IMG/VR virus record: IMGVR_UViG_3300020045_004320 | Location: 1-31,553 of that record | Origin: a virus | Lineage: Duplodnaviria; Caudoviricetes | Length of the DNA stretch: 31,553 bases | Reading direction: 5' to 3' (one strand) | Part shown: positions 1 to 7,063 of the stretch, one piece after another | How positions within the stretch are numbered: position 1 is the first letter of the stretch | How the letters are laid out: each line of letters starts with the position of its first letter | Notes under the pieces: model-generated | Seen by the model: only the letters and a program-made list of their open reading frames with translations | Database searches by the model: none | Told to the model about the DNA's origin: nothing | Translations under genes and position numbers: made by a program

Positions 1-311
1 GAAAGAGCATCGGTTACGGCCATTTTAAAACACTCATCGGACGAGTGGAGACCTGCTGATTCTTTGGATGTTAACATCGATCCGCCTATCCCTGGTATAG
101 CCGCGCTCCAAGCATCCCCGTTTTTAACATAAACGCTGATCTCTGCAAAAGCGCATGTTTGCTCGTTAGCGGCGGACTCAAGCCATAGCCTGTTTATCTC
201 GTACCTCCATCCTATGCCGCACATTCCGAAAACCTCTGTCATCGCTTGGTATCTCCACTGAGGATTTACATCGGAGAATCCTTTCAACCGACCGGCCTTG
301 ATTGTTTTAAA
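1..311 (-). pseudogene. Inverted N-terminal/central part of a Rad52/Sak-like single-strand annealing protein gene
   Basis: My translation of the minus strand reads KTIKAGRLKGFSDVNPQWRYQAMTEVFGMCGIGWRYEI...IPGIGGSMLTSKESAGLHSSDECFKMAVTDAL and runs off the left edge. It has no start codon, so the ORF track misses it. Confidence 0.8.
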
Positions 312-334
312 ATGGCCGTAACCGATGCTCTTTC
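1..334. repeat. Perfect 32-bp inverted repeat (1-32 / 303-334)
   Basis: gaaagagcatcggttacggccattttaaaaca is the exact reverse complement of 303-334. The left arm is cut by the window edge. Confidence 0.97.
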
Positions 335-623
335 TGTGGCCCTCAAAATGCTTGGCGTTGCGGCGGATATTTATCTTGGCCGGTGGGACGGGTCAAAATA
401 CGCCGCTGAAGAAAAGCCGTATCAGCCGGAAGAAAAAATCACCATCGCGCAGATCAACGAGATGGCAAGGCTGATCGAGTCCAAGGGTCTTGATGCGGAT
501 GCGAAACTTGTTGGTTTGGCATCAAAGGTATACCGGATTGAAAAGATTTCCGATCTGCCTGCGAGGTTATTTCCGGATGCAATGAAGCGGCTTGAAAAAT
601 TGCCGCCGGCGGTGGCTGTATGA
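303..623 (+). pseudogene. C-terminal part of the same Rad52/Sak-like annealing protein
   Basis: CFKMAVTDALSVALKMLGVAADIYLGRWDGSKY resembles the C-terminal helix motif of phage Rad52-like proteins. The first ~19 aa of ORF 246..623 are antisense sequence of the inverted part. ATGA overlap with the YqaJ gene. Confidence 0.75.
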
Positions 624-1231
624 TTATCGTCACCGAATACAATCAGGGCGATGAACAATGGTTCGTTGACAGACTCGCGTCAATCGGCGGTTCATCGATA
701 GGAAAAGCCGTCGCCAAGGGTGAGGGAAAGGTCCGCAAATCGCTTCTTTACGACCACGTTGGCGAGCTGCTTTCAGGACAGAAGAAACAACATTTCGTTT
801 CTAAAGATATTGAAAACGGAACGCTTCAAGAGCCGGTTGCCAGAGACCTGTATTCGTTCGAAAAAGACGTTGAAGTTGTTCAGGTAGCGCTTGTGAAGGG
901 TGACGGAAAATACACCCATTATTCTCCGGATGGACTCGTGGGGGATGCCGGGATAATCGAAATAAAAACCGTTATCCCATCAACGTTCGCCGAATACATT
1001 GACACCGGATCAATAGCTACCGGATACCGAAAGCAAATGCAATGGGGGCTTTATATCTGCCAACGGGAATGGTGCGACTATGTGGTATATTGCCCATATA
1101 TTCAGGATGCAACAAACCTGATTATCAAGCGGGTTTCCCGAGACGATAAAGAGATCTCCGTGCTGGTTTCCGGGGCGAGGGATTTTATCGCTGAAATGCT
1201 GGCTATATACGAAAAGGCCAAGTCCCTATGA
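620..1231 (+). CDS. YqaJ / lambda-exonuclease-like recombination nuclease
   Basis: Motifs QGDEQWFVDRLASIGGS, GTLQEPVAR, SPDGLVG..GIIEIK and QMQWGLYICQREWCDYVVYCP. Adjacent to the annealing protein gene. Confidence 0.92.
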   Translation: MIIVTEYNQGDEQWFVDRLASIGGSSIGKAVAKGEGKVRKSLLYDHVGELLSGQKKQHFVSKDIENGTLQEPVARDLYSFEKDVEVVQVALVKGDGKYTHYSPDGLVGDAGIIEIKTVIPSTFAEYIDTGSIATGYRKQMQWGLYICQREWCDYVVYCPYIQDATNLIIKRVSRDDKEISVLVSGARDFIAEMLAIYEKAKSL

Positions 1232-1353
1232 AAAAGTTCGTTCTCGAATCCGAGAGAGATAGGGATGAAGTGTTTATTTCGAAGTTGAAAAGCGCTCTTG
1301 ACGAGTTTTGCAAAGAGCTTGGCGAGACGGTTGAATGGCTTAGGTCACTATGA
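1228..1353 (+). pseudogene. 41-aa chimeric ORF: NinB-like N-terminus fused to a second YqaJ C-terminus
   Basis: MKKFVLESERDRD-EVFISKLKSALDEFCKELGETVEWLRSL*. The second half parallels the YqaJ tail RDDKEISVLVSGARDFIAEMLAIYEKAKSL*, and both end gtc(c/a)ctatgaaa. Confidence 0.65.
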
Positions 1354-1363
1354 AAGGACAAAA

Positions 1364-1567
1364 ATGAAAGATTTTATTGAACGAGCAGAAGAAAGCGCAG
1401 AAAGACAATATTACGACATGCTACAGCCGAACGGAAAGCTACAATGCCCAGGGTGTCATAAAATATTTGATCCCGACGAAGAAGGCGCGACCGTGTCGCC
1501 TGGCCCTTATGCAATGCCAGTTTGTGGGGATTGTTTTAACGAGTGGATGTTCAAGAGGTCTGAATGA
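1364..1567 (+). CDS. Small Zn-finger-like hypothetical protein (67 aa)
   Basis: AAGGA RBS before ATG 1364, CPGC...VCGDC motifs, and ATGA overlap with the next gene. Confidence 0.7.
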   Translation: MKDFIERAEESAERQYYDMLQPNGKLQCPGCHKIFDPDEEGATVSPGPYAMPVCGDCFNEWMFKRSE

Positions 1568-2049
1568 AAAAGTTCGTTCTCGAATCCGAGAGAGATAGGG
1601 ATGCAGCAATCGCCTTTTTGCGGATACTGCCTCTTGAGCACGATCAAGATGTTATCGTTCAGGACCACAAGGAGAGCCGTTCAGTAGCGGCGAACCGATT
1701 GTATTGGCAGTGGAATACCACCATATCCGGAGAGACCGGAGAGACGAAAGAAGCGGTCCACAAGCGGCTTAAAAAGGCACACCTCGTGAAGATATTCGAG
1801 CGAGATGACGGGGGATATGCAGATATGGTTGACGCGATCCGGAGCGTTTACAAAAACGGGATGAAGGCTGAAGCTTACGCGCTGCACGATAAGATCGTTG
1901 AACTGACATCCACCACTCAGGCCAGCGTCCACCAATTCCACGAATATTTGGAGGACATCGAAAAGGAATGCGCTGAACAGCAGATTGTGTTGCCTCATCC
2001 GGATGATATTTATTGGTCCGCTATGGGGATTTCACGGAAAAAGCCTTGA
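1564..2049 (+). CDS. ninB: NinB/Orf (YbcN)-like recombination accessory protein
   Basis: RSVAANRLYWQW...STTQASVHQFHEYLEDIE...IVLPHP pattern, located in the recombination module. Confidence 0.7.
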   Translation: MKKFVLESERDRDAAIAFLRILPLEHDQDVIVQDHKESRSVAANRLYWQWNTTISGETGETKEAVHKRLKKAHLVKIFERDDGGYADMVDAIRSVYKNGMKAEAYALHDKIVELTSTTQASVHQFHEYLEDIEKECAEQQIVLPHPDDIYWSAMGISRKKP

Positions 2050-2074
2050 CGTTCATGTGACCAAAATGTATTAT
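2046..2074 (+). promoter_or_regulatory. Sigma70-like promoter
   Basis: TTGACG-N17-TATTAT, with the -35 box overlapping the ninB stop codon. Confidence 0.6.
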
Positions 2075-2107
2075 GGTAATGCCATGGAAAACAATATCAA
2101 ATTGATG

Positions 2108-2196
2108 AAAAGCTCGCCTATTATCAGGTCCCCGAAAGGGGAGCGGTTACATTGTTTCCGTATGGCACCTGATTTTAGGCGGGCTTTTTTATTTTT
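2108..2196 (+). terminator. Structured leader RNA (three-way junction) ending in a U-tract; terminator or attenuator
   Basis: 2108-2120 pairs with 2176-2188, and 2123-2129 pairs with 2167-2173. Inner hairpins CCCC-GAAA-GGGG and GCGG..CCGT, followed by a T-run. Confidence 0.6.
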
Positions 2197-2207
2197 GGGG
2201 TAGCGCT

Positions 2208-2396
2208 ATGACGCGGAAGATTGTCAGCAGATCAATCGTATGGGTATCAGAAGTTCCACCATCAAAAAAAGAAATCCGATCCGCAAAGGTTAAAAAAAGA
2301 AAGGCAAAAAATAAGTACTTTAAAACCAGCAAAAACGGATTTTTAAAATCCAAAGAGTGGGCAAAGCTTAGATATGAAGCACTTAAAAAATACGGA
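2208..2396 (+). pseudogene. HNH endonuclease N-terminal fragment
   Basis: FLKSKEWAKLRYEALKKYG normally precedes CxxC in phage HNH proteins. Here the frame runs into antisense of the inverted block. Confidence 0.65.
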
Positions 2397-2574
2397 TCGC
2401 CTTTTCCTCTTCTACAAAACGAAAATCACAAACAATTGGTTCCTCATTCGGAGAGTTATACCCAATTTGCCCCAAAACAATCCCTGGCTGTCCTTTAGCA
2501 TAGGCCATAAAAGCTTTTCTTATCTCGTAAATTACTGACTCCGATTGCATGGGTGTCAATTCAAATTTCGCCAT
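2383..2574 (-). CDS. Hypothetical protein (63 aa), last gene of the inverted block
   Basis: GGAGG upstream, overlaps the previous minus-strand gene. Confidence 0.6.
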   Translation of the reverse strand: MAKFELTPMQSESVIYEIRKAFMAYAKGQPGIVLGQIGYNSPNEEPIVCDFRFVEEEKAIRIF

Positions 2575-2830
2575 TATTTTTCAACCTCCTGATAATCCCT
2601 AAAAGCCGGTTAATATCCCCCATCTTAACGCACGGGTAAGAATCGTCATCGCCATGCGAGTTCCATTGATCCATTCGGGCCAGAAAGTGTAACTCTGCGA
2701 GATCATCAGCCGCCTTGCACTTCGGCCCGATACCGGCGAATACAGATTCCGCATCCGTAATCCGTCGCCCGCACACCCGGCATCGGTGTACTGGCGGAGG
2801 CGCGAAGACTGGGAGTTTGGCTTGCTTCAT
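2561..2830 (-). CDS. DUF6011-like Zn-finger protein
   Basis: CRVCGRRITDAESVFAGIGPKC motif and ATGA coupling. Confidence 0.75.
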   Translation of the reverse strand: MKQAKLPVFAPPPVHRCRVCGRRITDAESVFAGIGPKCKAADDLAELHFLARMDQWNSHGDDDSYPCVKMGDINRLLGIIRRLKNNGEI

Positions 2831-3114
2831 TTCATGGCCTTGAGGTATTCCGTCATCATCCTGATTATTTCCATCTCCGGGGCTATCCGGTATTTATCCC
2901 AAAACGTTTTAAAGCCTGTTTGGTGGCGTTCTGCGTGATGGGCTACGCATAGGGGTAAACATCTTGAATCATCGCATTTTATTGACATCCCAGAACATCC
3001 AAGCGGCTCATGATGGGCAACCGACTCTCTGCCGCATATCAGGCATGGATGTTTGCGGACGAAGGAAAGATACCTTTCTGATCTGAACGTTGACCGCTTT
3101 GGATTCGGTGTCAT
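2827..3114 (-). CDS. DUF968/HNHc-like putative nuclease
   Basis: RSERYLSFVRKHPCLICG..AHH...K.DD...PLCVAHHAERH. Confidence 0.8.
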   Translation of the reverse strand: MTPNPKRSTFRSERYLSFVRKHPCLICGRESVAHHEPLGCSGMSIKCDDSRCLPLCVAHHAERHQTGFKTFWDKYRIAPEMEIIRMMTEYLKAMK

Positions 3115-3335
3115 ACCACAAACACCTTTTTGTTTATGTCCATTGCCAACACGTTAACATCCTGCGACATGCGGATAACATACTCAGTGCTCAGATTCGA
3201 TGTGAGCGCATAGGCCGCGATCACCCGGCGCATCCGGTCAACGATCCGGGCGTACTTGCTTCCCGTGCCTCCGAGCGCCCTAAAAAGCTCCTCCGCATCA
3301 TCTTGAATTTCTTCGTAGGTTATTTGGGTGGACAT
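3111..3335 (-). CDS. Hypothetical protein (74 aa)
   Basis: AGAGGA RBS before ATG 3335 and ATGA overlap with the next gene. Confidence 0.6.
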   Translation of the reverse strand: MSTQITYEEIQDDAEELFRALGGTGSKYARIVDRMRRVIAAYALTSNLSTEYVIRMSQDVNVLAMDINKKVFVV

Positions 3336-3361
3336 TGTTCCTCTGCCTATATGTTTTTCTG

Positions 3362-3721
3362 TCAAGGCTTTTTACGTGAAATCCCAAAAGCACTAAAGTA
3401 CAAATCGTCCGGATGAGGCAACACAATCTGCTGTTCAGCGCATTCCCTTTCGATGTCCTCTAAATATTCGTGGAACTGGTGGACGTTCGCCTGAGTGGTG
3501 GATGTCAGCTCAACTATTTTGTCATGAAGAGCATGGGCTTCTGCTTTCATCCCGTTTTTGTAAACGCTCCGGATCGCGTCAACCATTTCGGAATAGCCTT
3601 CATCGTCTCGCTCGAATATCTTCACGAGATGGGCCTTTTTAAGACGTTTGTGAACGGCATCTTTCGTCTCTCCGGTCTCTCCGGATATTACGGTAACAAA
3701 AACCCAATAAAGCCGATTTTG
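3362..3721 (-). pseudogene. 5'-truncated diverged second copy of the NinB-like gene, inverted
   Basis: QNRLYWVFVTVISGETGETKDAVHKRLKKAHLVKIFERDD...GISRKKP* aligns with 1693-2049. Many differences are synonymous, and about the first 40 codons are missing. Confidence 0.9.
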
Positions 3722-3722
3722 G

Positions 3723-3926
3723 GAGGAGTGCGGAAGATATGCACCGCTTCTTGTCGATGGCCTGTTCCATCCTATTTACTGCGGTCATGTCAGCCACAAG
3801 AAATCGCGAGGTGCAGGTGGAAGCGATACCCTTGATAACGTTTGGTGGCACTGCTCTAAGTGCCATGGCAATCACCACGGGCCACAATGGGAATCAAAAA
3901 AAAACGTATTTACACAAAGGCCATGA
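3723..3926 (+). pseudogene. HNH endonuclease C-terminal fragment (not in ORF track)
   Basis: My translation: EECGRYAPLLVDGLFHPIYCGHVSHKKSRGAGGSDTLDNVWWHCSKCHGNHHGPQWESKKNVFTQRP*, with no start codon. Confidence 0.8.
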
Positions 3927-3927
3927 A

Positions 3928-4134
3928 ATGAGGCAAGCCAAACTCCCCGGATTCGCGCCGACGCCGGTTCACCGATGCCGGGCGTACCGGAAATGGGGCA
4001 AGGCTACTAATCCGTGTCAACGATGGGAACAACATCATTTTCGTGATGCCGCGGAAATGATCGTGGAGGAACATGACAACCAAAAAACGAGCCGAGAAAT
4101 GCACGACACACTTTGCAGGCTGCGACTGCCGTGA
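3928..4134 (+). pseudogene. Chimeric ORF: DUF6011-like leader fused to unrelated sequence
   Basis: Homology to 2561..2830 stops after HRCR, and the rest of the Zn finger is absent. Confidence 0.55.
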
Positions 4135-4333
4135 ATACCGGCACGAGCAGATGGAAAGCGCGTTGAAGGTGATACGGACGTGGGCCGCGTTCGATTTAGA
4201 AAACTGCGGTGAGTTTGGATTCCCCGTGGCCCTTGATCGGGAGGCTGTATTGAAATTGTGTGATAAGGCGATCGGGAAGACGGAATGGGACGATGATGAG
4301 GAGTGGCGAAAGAGGGCCAAGGGGCTAAAATGA
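4073..4333 (+). CDS. Hypothetical phage protein
   Basis: GGAGG RBS before the ATG, CTTH..CDCRE motif. Confidence 0.75.
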   Translation: MTTKKRAEKCTTHFAGCDCREYRHEQMESALKVIRTWAAFDLENCGEFGFPVALDREAVLKLCDKAIGKTEWDDDEEWRKRAKGLK

Positions 4334-4369
4334 AATAAAAAGCGCCCGGTCTCCTTCCAAAGCCGGGCG
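4333..4369 (-). terminator. Probable intrinsic terminator for minus-strand (late) transcription
   Basis: CGCCCGG stem (4343-4349 / 4363-4369) followed on the minus strand by CTTTTTATTT. Confidence 0.5.
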
Positions 4370-4383
4370 AAATGGAGGTTAAA

Positions 4384-4566
4384 ATGGTTTCAAAAGTTTT
4401 CCAAATTTGCAACGCCTACGAATCTGGATACGGACACGGATTCAATAACGATGGCCTTAACGAAAAGTATTATTCAGACGACGAATTGAACGAGGCATAC
4501 TCTATAGGGTACAATGCTGGGCAAAATATGGTTTTTGAGATAGCGGGAGAACGGAAGGACAAATAA
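4384..4566 (+). CDS. Hypothetical protein
   Basis: GGAGG RBS before ATG 4384, repeated AYxxGY motif. Confidence 0.65.
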   Translation: MVSKVFQICNAYESGYGHGFNNDGLNEKYYSDDELNEAYSIGYNAGQNMVFEIAGERKDK

Positions 4567-4567
4567 A

Positions 4568-4762
4568 ATGAAAATCAAAAACGACAACGATCAAATAACC
4601 GTAATAGATAAAGGCCCGGATTGCGATGTCAGGACAACAAAATGCCGGATAGGGTTTGCCATTTACGAGGCGCCCCATTCCGGCAGGTTGCCGTGCATTA
4701 TTTACACTGATCCACAAAATCCATCAGAATACGATGCTCTTAACGGGCTTTTTGATGAATAG
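4568..4762 (+). CDS. Hypothetical protein
   Basis: AAGGA upstream, abuts the previous gene. Confidence 0.6.
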   Translation: MKIKNDNDQITVIDKGPDCDVRTTKCRIGFAIYEAPHSGRLPCIIYTDPQNPSEYDALNGLFDE

Positions 4763-4874
4763 GGCTATTTCCGTTTCAGCCCAAGCGCATCGATTTCCTT
4801 ATCGCACTCTTCCTTAGTGCCTACTAACATATTTTGAGCTGTGTGGGTCTCCCCTTAAGACTCGAAAAATATGA

Positions 4875-6974
4875 TCACAACCCCATTCCAAGGCCCATCT
4901 TCATCCCTCCACCGCCACCATAAAACTCATAAGCCCCAATGCTCGGCGTTGCCCGTGCAGGATGCGGCACCGTCATCCCGGCAAAATCAGTCGTCAGCCC
5001 CACGTCCGTTCCTGCTCCGATGCAGGGGGATGTGGGGAGAAGGTGGAAGTCTGTTGTTGAGCGGAATTTGGGGTCGGCGTTTAGGGAGTGGGCGTCTTGG
5101 CCGGAATTGGTTTTCCAATCTGCGAAATTATATTGCGTTCCATGCCAATTCAAAACAGTTGCCGGGCTTGAATAAAAATCGTTGTAATCTATATCAACAG
5201 TTGCCGAAGCAGAAACATAAATATCCAAAGCCGTATTGGAAAAAGAAATATTATTTTTCAACGTCCACGATCCAGAAGTATTTAAGCAAATACCTCCCTG
5301 TGGTGAAATATTTCCCAAATTGTTGTTATAAAAAACATTATTGTATAAACTTCCGCCTGCCCCTGTTGCAGAGCCGAAGCCTGACCATGTATTTCCATAG
5401 GCTACCGAGTAGGATAGGTTAAATGTCGAAGTATCATGTGCAGCGTAGCCATGCCCGTTATACGCCCTTCCATTCGTCGAAATAAACCCGCTCACATTGG
5501 CTATTGCCGTTCCTGTTGTTGATATCCCGGGGCCATCTGTATCATTTGCAGACCCTCCCGATACATTATTGGTCCCGGCGGCTAATAAAAACCCCTGACC
5601 GTTGTTAAATGTGTGGTTAACCGTACAATTTGTTATCGTGTTGGTTCCAGTAGTCTCAATGTCATATGCCGCCCCACCAGACCATGACACGCAAATATTG
5701 GTCAGCGTCAAATTACTTCCGGTGTACGCTTTAACTATATTAATTTTTGCATGTCTTAAATCGAGATCAGTTAATACGAGATAGTCTTTTCCGTTTGTAT
5801 CAATTACGTAGTTCCCCGTGACCCCCTCAATTCCAGGAGCAGTATAAGTTGTGGTGGGATTGACAGTTGAATAAACCGACAATATACCCCCGGATGCGTA
5901 CCATTCAAGCGGAGCCGTTAACGCTGCCTTGCTTGCTTCGAGTGTCCCGACAACGCCATTAAATAAAACGACTGTTGTGCTTCCCATCGATGCATTCCAA
6001 ACATTTGCCACCCCAGTTATTCCAAAATCATCCGGATTTGTAAACGTAGTTGTTTCATCCTCGAATCCAGAAGAAAATATCCCTCCGGTTTCCTCGGACG
6101 CCGCTCCTCCGCCCCACGCGCCAATAGGCGACGTATCAAATTTTACATCATCAACATACATGGTTGATCCAGATTTAAACTGTCCGCCGCCGACATCATT
6201 TGTTGAACCAATCCATACGCCATCAATAGCAAGAGTGTGTTTGTCGAGTGTAAAGTTTGATCCCTTTGATGTTCCATTAAACCAAAATTCCGCACCTCCA
6301 TCCGCACCAGTCCCAGCCTTAAAGTGGTACTCAATATAATACCAGGCCCCGATTGGTACTTCGTTTGCAGTCCCAGAATAGATAGCAGTGGCCCCGCAAT
6401 AAACTACAAATTTGAACTGAGTTGTGCTTGCAGCCGTTCCAAGCCTCACGTAACCGACTACCGTTGATCCATCTGTGATTGTAAGTATTGGATTATACTG
6501 ATACGCCGCGCCAGCCTCGAACCCTGAATTATGATAAAAATAAGCCCTTACATAAATATCACCTTGGTCTGATATTGTTTTTTTGATGTAGCAATCTTGA
6601 TTAGTGCCGTCAAATACCCATTTTGCAGATTTTGTGCCGTGATTGTAATTATCTGTTACTACTTCGAGCGTATTAGTTCCGGTGATTACTGCACCGCTAC
6701 CAGAGTCAGACGCCCAGATAGAAGCAAGAGTCCCTTTGCTAATAACCGGCTTCTCCCCACTCCCATAAGCCCCAAAAGTGATAGGGTTGCCTGACTCACC
6801 ACTCGAAGGCACCGTCAACTGCTCCCGCCAGGTGCAACCCCGCTTGAACAGAATCGAGTCACCAGCACTAAATGACGACGCATTCACTTTCGCAATGGTT
6901 TTCCACGCTGTTGCCTCAGAAGTCCCAGCACCGTTATCATCAGCCGCAGCCGTATCGACATAATAAATTGTCAT
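4875..6974 (-). CDS. Right-handed parallel beta-helix (pectin-lyase-like) protein with an inserted ConA/LamG-like domain; possible depolymerase or receptor-binding protein
   Basis: YYVD...GTS...AWKTIAKVN...GDSILFKRG..WREQL N-terminus, Asn-ladder repeats, and a DFHL..TSPCIGAG...PSIGAYEF end. The likely start is MTIYY at 6974. Confidence 0.85.
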   Translation of the reverse strand: MTIYYVDTAAADDNGAGTSEATAWKTIAKVNASSFSAGDSILFKRGCTWREQLTVPSSGESGNPITFGAYGSGEKPVISKGTLASIWASDSGSGAVITGTNTLEVVTDNYNHGTKSAKWVFDGTNQDCYIKKTISDQGDIYVRAYFYHNSGFEAGAAYQYNPILTITDGSTVVGYVRLGTAASTTQFKFVVYCGATAIYSGTANEVPIGAWYYIEYHFKAGTGADGGAEFWFNGTSKGSNFTLDKHTLAIDGVWIGSTNDVGGGQFKSGSTMYVDDVKFDTSPIGAWGGGAASEETGGIFSSGFEDETTTFTNPDDFGITGVANVWNASMGSTTVVLFNGVVGTLEASKAALTAPLEWYASGGILSVYSTVNPTTTYTAPGIEGVTGNYVIDTNGKDYLVLTDLDLRHAKINIVKAYTGSNLTLTNICVSWSGGAAYDIETTGTNTITNCTVNHTFNNGQGFLLAAGTNNVSGGSANDTDGPGISTTGTAIANVSGFISTNGRAYNGHGYAAHDTSTFNLSYSVAYGNTWSGFGSATGAGGSLYNNVFYNNNLGNISPQGGICLNTSGSWTLKNNISFSNTALDIYVSASATVDIDYNDFYSSPATVLNWHGTQYNFADWKTNSGQDAHSLNADPKFRSTTDFHLLPTSPCIGAGTDVGLTTDFAGMTVPHPARATPSIGAYEFYGGGGGMKMGLGMGL

Positions 6975-7045
6975 ATCATCCACCCTATAATCAGCGCCCA
7001 AAAAAGAATCGAAACCGGTAAGCCGTAGCAAAGTCCTTTGATCAT
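6971..7045 (-). CDS. 24-aa single-transmembrane peptide (not in ORF track)
   Basis: MIKGLCYGLPVSILFWALIIGWMI*, with a GGAG RBS and ATGA coupling to the beta-helix gene. Confidence 0.55.
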   Translation of the reverse strand: MIKGLCYGLPVSILFWALIIGWMI

Positions 7046-7063
7046 CTTATTTGCTCCACTGAA

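Larger units (their letters stand above)
1228..1603 (+). repeat. Exact 40-bp direct repeat (1228-1267 and 1564-1603), the first 13 codons of the NinB-like gene
   Basis: atgaaaaagttcgttctcgaatccgagagagatagggatg occurs twice, 336 bp apart. Confidence 0.97.
2773..3985. repeat. 69-bp imperfect inverted repeat (2773-2841 / 3917-3985) covering the DUF6011-like gene start
   Basis: Manual alignment gives 9 mismatches in 69 bp. MKQAKLPVFAPPPVHRCRV vs MRQAKLPGFAPTPVHRCRA. Confidence 0.92.

Noticed and set aside
1-334. Protelomerase hairpin telomere
   Set aside because: The arms enclose 270 bp of coding sequence rather than forming a continuous palindrome, and no protelomerase is seen.
1228-1603. 40-bp repeat as a CRISPR array
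   Set aside because: Only two copies, a 296-bp gap, the repeat is coding sequence, and no cas genes are present.
2108-2190. tRNA
   Set aside because: Three-way rather than cloverleaf fold, with no TTC T-loop, D-loop or CCA end.
2383-3721. IS/transposon or classical invertase cassette
   Set aside because: No transposase or site-specific recombinase in the window, no terminal repeats at the block ends, and the junctions share no common motif.
4855-4857. Stop-codon reassignment
   Set aside because: This is a single case. All major genes are intact in the standard code and use TAA, TAG and TGA as stops.
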